Positions 58,034-64,000 of a DNA stretch of 64,000 nucleotides are shown piece by piece. Origin of the DNA: Candidatus Microgenomates bacterium (GTDB lineage Bacteria; Patescibacteriota; Microgenomatia; UBA8517); contig JBEKQV010000001.1 in the NCBI GenBank assembly GCA_049519355.1, forward strand, positions 220,491 to 284,490, read 5' to 3'. The notes beneath the pieces are model-generated. The model did no database searches and was not told where the DNA came from. It was given only the letters and a program-made list of their open reading frames with translations. The translations under genes were made by a program, and so were the position numbers. Positions within the stretch are counted from its first letter, which is position 1. The number at the start of each line of letters is the position of its first letter.

Positions 58034-60361
58034 TTAGGGTTTACCGAACCCAATTATACTAATTGTAAAAGATTGTCCACTTGAAGTTTTTAACGGAATT
58101 GTTTCAAAGTGCCCCGAAGAATCCACTGAATAAAACCACCCCGGTTTATAAGGGGCATTCGATTCATATGTGTGGATACCTGCTGAGGATGAATCGGCAA
58201 CGACGCCAACATGGGAGATGGCGTCTGGGCCGTCAAGAGAATTGTTAAAAAAAATAGTGTCGCCGGCGCAGACGTCGTCGTAGGTGGCGGCATTACCTGG
58301 AACCCATTTTCCAGGTTCATTTTTGAAATAGTTTACCATTGTGGGAAGAGGAAATGGAATGTTTTCGTTGATTGCCAGGTAAGATTTTGTTGCCATGTAA
58401 TTGCACCAAAACATGTCTTGGCTGCCTATTACCGCTTCTTGATTAGGCGGGTTTGGGTTTTGTGCAAAAAGAGTGGCGTTCCAGAGATCTGGGTAATCGG
58501 AAGAGTGGTTATAGTATAGGTCAAACCCCAAAGAAAGGTTGTTGGCGATAACTTTTGCGCGGTTGGCAATTTCTGGAGAACAGCCGGCGGCACCACTAAG
58601 AGTGCCCGAACTCGCAGGTACAACATAAGCCCCGGAATTGATGACAAAAAGGATTAGTGCAACGGCAATTGGTAGGGAGAGGAGGGTTATTACAACTGGT
58701 ACGACAATGGTGTCAAGGTAAACACCCGCAAGTCCGGTAAAAAACCTTCCTAAGCCGGAACTCAAACCGGAAAGAGATGACCTTAGTCCCGGAATGCCCT
58801 CATTCCAGACAGTGGCACCACCGTAACCGATCAACCCAGCTGCGGCTGCGGTTACAACAGACCCTCCTGTTAGGAAAAAAGCCGCTATGGCCGCAACGAA
58901 CGCGATAGCAATTTTCCCGTATTTGGCTAAAACATCTTTGACTTTGCCAAGAATTTTTACCCCGACGACTTCGACAAAAAAGGCCACGACCGGACCCACA
59001 ATCGGCGCGAGAGGGCCGAGGACCGGCACAAGAGCCGCCGTAATAGTTGCCGAAAGGCTAAGCCCCGTTGCCCCCTCCAAACCCTTTTCGGCTGCAACCT
59101 GGACCACTTTTTTAATGCCGAAATCTACTCCCGTTTTTTCTCCAAGCCAACCCAAAACAGGTGCTAAGCCTGAACCAACGGCAAGCTTTCCAAGAAAAGA
59201 TCCCCCAACAGCTTCCCAAGCCACAGGCGACCCAAGTCCGGCGATTGGCAAAAGGGCATGTACAGCCTCATTGCTAAAAATGCTTTTAAGAGCGCTGTCT
59301 GCCGGCAGTTTTGTGATTTCTTGACTTAAAAAGGAGCCAACCTTAGAGAGAATATGAGCACGGACATTTTCTATGCCGAAATCGGTTAAGCCTTCTAGAA
59401 AAGAACCCTGCCGGCTCATCAGAGAAGAAAAACCCCTTGCGATTAGACTAAAACCAAGCTTATTAAACCCTTCTTTGGGAGAATTCGAGAGACTGATATT
59501 GAAGTCCGGCAGAAACTCTTTTTGGAAGGAGTCGCCGAAAGCGGCGCGGGTAACGGCCTGACTTATTTCCTGTCTGGTTGCTCCCTGGTCAGACAAAACC
59601 TGAACCCAGTTTTTTAGAGTATCTGCTGTGGTTTTACTTTTGATCGCGGCGTCAACCTGTCCAGGGTTTGCAGACATTGCTGAAAACAAAGATGTTTGAA
59701 CAGAGAGAGAATCTTCCGTTTGTGCATTTTGAACAATGTCCAATGCAGCTTGTTTTGCCGCTGTGTCGGGAATGTTAGAAATTCTTGCCTTTATCTCCCC
59801 TTCGATTACCTCCGCCGTTCTGGGACCGTCAGCTTTGGCAAGTTGTCTTAACTTTTCTCCTTGCACGGTTTTAACATCGGAGGTTTTTTTGGCTTGGTAA
59901 TAAAGCCCTTCATCTTTTAAATTGGCTTCCGCCTGTTTTGCTCTTGCTGCCGCCTTCTCGTAAAGTTCCTGTTGTATTTTAATTACGCGTTTTACTTCCG
60001 CTCCCGAATTTTCAATTGTTTTTTGTTCTTCGGCTTTGCTTTTTGCCGCTTTAGTTTTGAGCTCCTCGAGGTTTTTTGGGACTGTTTGTTGACCTTCGTT
60101 GTTGACGGGTGCAATAAGTGCCCACGAATCAAGAATTTTATTGGCACTGATTACATCGTTAGTCCCAGTGATGTGTTTTATATAATCTCCGAATTCTTTT
60201 GGAGTTTTCCAACTTAATCCGAGACCTTTTACAGACCAGGGTTTCGGTTTTACGCCCTCATATCCGCTTCCAAGAATTTCTTTCGGGAAAAAATTAGTGG
60301 CGGCTTCCTGGAGATCGAAAACAATTTCTTTTGTATATCCGAAGGGTAATTCTTTTGCCAT
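58034..60361 (-). CDS. Large membrane protein with helical N-terminus, Gly/Ala-rich hydrophobic core and C-terminal CHAP/NlpC-P60-like domain
   Basis: FWCNYM (Cys), GDTIFF, SHVGVV (His), YESN and IIGFGKP pattern after the last TM. Confidence 0.72.
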   Translation of the reverse strand: MAKELPFGYTKEIVFDLQEAATNFFPKEILGSGYEGVKPKPWSVKGLGLSWKTPKEFGDYIKHITGTNDVISANKILDSWALIAPVNNEGQQTVPKNLEELKTKAAKSKAEEQKTIENSGAEVKRVIKIQQELYEKAAARAKQAEANLKDEGLYYQAKKTSDVKTVQGEKLRQLAKADGPRTAEVIEGEIKARISNIPDTAAKQAALDIVQNAQTEDSLSVQTSLFSAMSANPGQVDAAIKSKTTADTLKNWVQVLSDQGATRQEISQAVTRAAFGDSFQKEFLPDFNISLSNSPKEGFNKLGFSLIARGFSSLMSRQGSFLEGLTDFGIENVRAHILSKVGSFLSQEITKLPADSALKSIFSNEAVHALLPIAGLGSPVAWEAVGGSFLGKLAVGSGLAPVLGWLGEKTGVDFGIKKVVQVAAEKGLEGATGLSLSATITAALVPVLGPLAPIVGPVVAFFVEVVGVKILGKVKDVLAKYGKIAIAFVAAIAAFFLTGGSVVTAAAAGLIGYGGATVWNEGIPGLRSSLSGLSSGLGRFFTGLAGVYLDTIVVPVVITLLSLPIAVALILFVINSGAYVVPASSGTLSGAAGCSPEIANRAKVIANNLSLGFDLYYNHSSDYPDLWNATLFAQNPNPPNQEAVIGSQDMFWCNYMATKSYLAINENIPFPLPTMVNYFKNEPGKWVPGNAATYDDVCAGDTIFFNNSLDGPDAISHVGVVADSSSAGIHTYESNAPYKPGWFYSVDSSGHFETIPLKTSSGQSFTISIIGFGKP

Positions 60362-60362
60362 A

Positions 60363-62198
60363 TTATTTTACTTGGTACGGCCCGGTGTTGATTTTTACAA
60401 CCTCCTGCGGTTTAGTTGTAATAAGTTTATTTTCTTCTTCAGACGCAACAACACGGATGGGGGCGTGGTGTGGTCCGGCAAAAAATATTCCCTCACCAAC
60501 ATTTGCTGCCAATAAGAGCTGTTTTTCTCCTTGGCTCAGATAAAAGACCTCACCAATCTTGTCTATTGCCGCGGGCGACTGTTTTAAAAGGACCTGCATG
60601 GCGCTGTTTGTAACGATGGCCTTTCCAATGTCCTGTCCGAGGAAGTCTTCGACGTCCTGCGTTATTGTAGTGAGTCCCAGGAAGTATTTACGGGCCCTCT
60701 TGACAACACTCCAAAGAAATTGCGCCGTGTCAGGGTATCTCATCATGTGCCAGGCCTCATCTACGATTAAAATTCTTTTCTTCATGTCCTTTTTGACGCG
60801 GGTCCAAATGTAATCGAGAATAATAAACATAGCAATTGGTCTAAGTGCGTCTTGCAGATCCTTGACTGAAAAGACGGTAAACGGATTTGTGATATTAATA
60901 TTTGTTTGTTTATCAAAAATTCCGATGAAACTTCCCCTGACGAACTTTTCAATTCTTGCCGAGAGATCAAGCGCTTCAGGAACTTCCATTCCGATTAAGG
61001 TTTTATAAAGATCTTCCATAAGCGGCGGTTCTTTTCCTTGGGTGTCGGGATCCATTGTTATTCCCTTGGCTCGGTAGGTCATGACAAGCGCTCTATCGAG
61101 GAGGGCCTCCTGTATTGGGGTAATTGCTCCCATAATAACTTTCATTAAAGAGTGAAGAGAAAGAATCTTCAGGCCCAACTGATTTTCGCCTTCCTCTCGG
61201 ATTTGAGAGAGATCAAACGGATTTATTTTGGCGGTCGAGTTGTAGGCGAAGGAAATATATTCACCTCCAACGGCAGTTGCAAGAGGTTGGTATTCGCTTT
61301 CGGGATCGATTACTATTACCTCAACGCCCGTCATAAGAGAGCGTAGTGCCTCAAGTTTTACGAAGTAGGATTTTCCGGCACCTGATGTTGCAAAAATTGT
61401 CATGTTTGCGTTTTCAAGGCTGAAGCGGTCGAAAATTATAAAGGATTCGTTTTGGGAATTAATACCGTATAAAACTCCTCGGTCGCTTGAAAGCTCGGTT
61501 GAAGTTAAAGGAAATGTCGTGGCAACGCTCGTTGTATCCATATTCCTTGTTATATTTAATCTGTCCATTCCGAAAGGCGCAGTCGAAAGAAACCCTGACT
61601 CCTGATCAAGAAGGGCGTGTTTACTTACAATGAGGAGAGACCCGAGTTGGGACTCTACCTGTTTGGTTATTTGGTTTAGCTCCTCGACCGAGTTGGCAGG
61701 AATTGTGATATAAAAGCTGAATTCGTAAAATCTTTCAATACCTTTTACAAGTTGTTCCTGAAGGGCCTGGGCATCTTCGAGTTTTGCTTGGGTTGTGGGG
61801 TCAACTATTTTTCCGCGTTCGATGTCGGTTGACATTTCCGCCTCCATCTCTGCAATTTTCCGTCTGAGGTCGTCAAGAACGCTTTTACCGTCAACAGGGT
61901 AAACATAAAAAGCAATATCAAGTGAAGTGTCCATGTTGATTACGGGCTCAAGCCACCCCGGGGCGACAAAACGCGGATATCCTCCTACAAAAATTGTTCG
62001 GAAATAAATGTCGTTAATTTTTATATAATCGAAATCCTCTTCTATTGATTGGGGAGCTATGGCGTCAAGCAGGTTCATTCCTTGCGAAATGGCAAGGTTG
62101 GGGTTGATTACCTTAGGCTTTACCTCATTTGGTTGAGTGGCCGGAGCGGGGTTTATTGTTTGAACCTGTTTTTGTTTTTTTGTAAATAAATTAGGCAT
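60363..62198 (-). CDS. virB4: VirB4/TraE-like type IV secretion ATPase
   Basis: NANMTIFATSGAGKS (Walker A), VIDPESEY, INPFD, LIVDEAW (Walker B), KRARKY and ITQDVEDF. Confidence 0.92.
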   Translation of the reverse strand: MPNLFTKKQKQVQTINPAPATQPNEVKPKVINPNLAISQGMNLLDAIAPQSIEEDFDYIKINDIYFRTIFVGGYPRFVAPGWLEPVINMDTSLDIAFYVYPVDGKSVLDDLRRKIAEMEAEMSTDIERGKIVDPTTQAKLEDAQALQEQLVKGIERFYEFSFYITIPANSVEELNQITKQVESQLGSLLIVSKHALLDQESGFLSTAPFGMDRLNITRNMDTTSVATTFPLTSTELSSDRGVLYGINSQNESFIIFDRFSLENANMTIFATSGAGKSYFVKLEALRSLMTGVEVIVIDPESEYQPLATAVGGEYISFAYNSTAKINPFDLSQIREEGENQLGLKILSLHSLMKVIMGAITPIQEALLDRALVMTYRAKGITMDPDTQGKEPPLMEDLYKTLIGMEVPEALDLSARIEKFVRGSFIGIFDKQTNINITNPFTVFSVKDLQDALRPIAMFIILDYIWTRVKKDMKKRILIVDEAWHMMRYPDTAQFLWSVVKRARKYFLGLTTITQDVEDFLGQDIGKAIVTNSAMQVLLKQSPAAIDKIGEVFYLSQGEKQLLLAANVGEGIFFAGPHHAPIRVVASEEENKLITTKPQEVVKINTGPYQVK

Positions 62199-62886
62199 TT
62201 GTTTGTGCGTGTTCCAGTGTTACCTCGGGTTCTTTTTTGACCGCGGGATGTTCGGGATTATAGACGGACCAGTAAAGATCAATTAAGTCTGCTGTTCCAA
62301 GTTGTTTGAATTTAATTCCAAGGCGGCCCGCCTGGCGGATTAAATGGTCCCGTCTTGGGTAGAGAGTTATTTTTGCTTTTTTGATGACATACGACTTGGG
62401 GAATGGCAATGGACCTCCGCGTTTTGTAATAGCTGCGACGGATTTTCCTATTCCGAGCTCAAGAGGTGATAAATATAAAACAATGAAAAACCTTTTTCCT
62501 AAGACATTTTTCTTTTTAACGGATTCCGTAATAAAACCCCGGTAGTCTTGCATAAGCTTGGCCAAAAGGGGGTGGGTGATTTTTTTGGCCTGTTCATCCA
62601 GAAAATTTAAATATGAGCTTACATCCTTCCTTTGTGTCAGAACGACTATTTGAACGGAGAAGGTAAGTGAATTAATCATGGCGGCGTAGGCGGCAATTAC
62701 CGCTTCCTGCTCTTTTTCCGAAAGAAGACCAAAGTTAAGTGAGGTAGACTCCATTACAAGAGCTGCACCTCCGTCCCGGTAAACAACAACGTCATTTGTG
62801 ATATCGGCAATAGGAAGATGCTCCTCGGTTGTTGCGGTTAAGGGTTTGTCGGGAATATTTAAATACGGAATTTTAGGTAATGCCAT
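62191..62886 (-). CDS. TraC/VirB4 N-terminal-like protein
   Basis: SLNFGLLSEKEQEAVIAAYAAMINSLTFSVQI resembles the N-terminal region of monoderm VirB4/TrsD-like proteins; 8-nt overlap with virB4. Confidence 0.7.
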   Translation of the reverse strand: MALPKIPYLNIPDKPLTATTEEHLPIADITNDVVVYRDGGAALVMESTSLNFGLLSEKEQEAVIAAYAAMINSLTFSVQIVVLTQRKDVSSYLNFLDEQAKKITHPLLAKLMQDYRGFITESVKKKNVLGKRFFIVLYLSPLELGIGKSVAAITKRGGPLPFPKSYVIKKAKITLYPRRDHLIRQAGRLGIKFKQLGTADLIDLYWSVYNPEHPAVKKEPEVTLEHAQTNA

Positions 62887-62889
62887 TTT

Positions 62890-63972
62890 TTAAAATTGTG
62901 CCGCCGGTTGAGCACTAAATTGATTTATCGCTTGAACGGCGTTCTCGGTTGCCATAACCCTTCTTCCTTGAACGAGAATCGGAGGAACGAGAACTCCTGT
63001 TGCGTCAAAACTTACCGGTGCAAATTGATATCCGTCTTTTTCGGTCACGATGTCATATCTTCCGCTATCAAGAGGGGTAACTGTAATGAAATGCCCAACC
63101 TTATTGCTTCGGAGGGCTCTAACCGGCCGCCCCGTCTCGTCTTTTATTTCCATTATTGCCCCCTCGACGATCTTTCTTTGTTCGTCGACCACCTGTCCGA
63201 CCACCACATTTGGAGTGGTGGGGGGATTTGGGGGAGCGGCGTCAACCGAAAACATTGCCTGTTTGGTTGAAATCATTTCTTCACCTGCAACAATTGGTGC
63301 AACCTGTTGGGCAGTCATTTGGATTGTGGGGGTTCCGGATTGGGGTTTTTCTTCGACGACAAGATGAGGAGCTCCGGGGGAGGGAATTCTAACGGGTTCC
63401 ATAACCGGGATTTGCAGGTTTTTCTCTGCCTGCTGGATGGGAATGTTTGCAACCGGAGCCGTCGGGGAGGTTTGGGATAAGGCCGGTGCACCCTTTCCTG
63501 CAAGTCCTGCGAAAATTCCGCTTAAGGTTGACAGAAAACCTTCCTCGGCGCCTTCAAGTTTGGCAAAGGAACCGGAGGGGTTTTTTGTCGTTGAAAGGTA
63601 TGTTTTAAGGGCGGCTTCCTGTTCGGGTGAAGCAGTAGTCGGAGCCGGGCCCACTTCTTCGTTTTGGAAAAACTTTGGAGGGGTGGTTGTTTTTTTCCAG
63701 AAAAATTCGGTAGGGGTATAAATTGCTTTAAAAAATGCAAAAATCCAGCGTTCAAGAGGTCTTTCTTCTAGGGGCATAAAAGCTAAGGCTACGCCAAGAA
63801 TTACGGAGATTATTGCCAGCGGCCATTTAACTATTCCGATAATAGGAGCTGCGTAGAAAATGATTCCGGCCAAAATTCCTCCGGCAAGCTGGAAGAATTG
63901 TTTAAGAGTCATATCTCCCACAAGTCGGAATTGATACGAAGAAATTTGTTGCGGAATAGGATGTTGTTCCAT
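62890..63972 (-). CDS. PrgI-family (VirB3-like) protein with C-terminal carboxypeptidase-regulatory-like beta domain
   Basis: HPIPQQISSYQFRLVGDMTLKQF, 2 TM, ERPLERW; C-terminal VVGQVVD...VEGAIMEI...KDGY. Confidence 0.85.
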   Translation of the reverse strand: MEQHPIPQQISSYQFRLVGDMTLKQFFQLAGGILAGIIFYAAPIIGIVKWPLAIISVILGVALAFMPLEERPLERWIFAFFKAIYTPTEFFWKKTTTPPKFFQNEEVGPAPTTASPEQEAALKTYLSTTKNPSGSFAKLEGAEEGFLSTLSGIFAGLAGKGAPALSQTSPTAPVANIPIQQAEKNLQIPVMEPVRIPSPGAPHLVVEEKPQSGTPTIQMTAQQVAPIVAGEEMISTKQAMFSVDAAPPNPPTTPNVVVGQVVDEQRKIVEGAIMEIKDETGRPVRALRSNKVGHFITVTPLDSGRYDIVTEKDGYQFAPVSFDATGVLVPPILVQGRRVMATENAVQAINQFSAQPAAQF

Positions 63973-64000
63973 AGGACAGTAAAAGCAGTGAACTCTACTC

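Overview
A gene-dense bacterial chromosomal window using genetic code 11 (TGA is a stop). Gene content points to a Patescibacteria/CPR organism, probably Microgenomates (inference: short HrcA/MetG/ValS/Jag, DUF4012, VanW, PrgI-VirB4 cluster, many GT-C enzymes). It spans the replication origin: rpmH-rnpA-yidD-yidC-jag diverge from dnaA-oriC-dnaN, with DnaA boxes and DnaA-trios between dnaA and dnaN. It holds both HrcA/CIRCE heat-shock operons (hrcA-grpE-dnaK, groES-groEL), tRNA-Cys(GCA), metG, valS, a tsaC-tsaE fusion with tsaD, two SF1 helicases and rmuC. Cell-envelope and glycosylation genes are numerous. The main candidates for follow-up are four. (1) A pilN/pilO-led operon of Cys-rich and Thr/Pro-rich surface proteins with sortase-like signals, flanked by GT-C transferases, LCP and MurJ. 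(2) An origin-adjacent PrgI/VirB4/CHAP T4SS-like operon. (3) Pervasive leaderless-type starts and bidirectional -10 elements, including two genes that can start from one CATG. (4) A terminator-like hairpin fused to the groES CIRCE. No CRISPR array, rRNA, transposase or integrase was seen. All family calls come from motif recognition by eye, not database searches.
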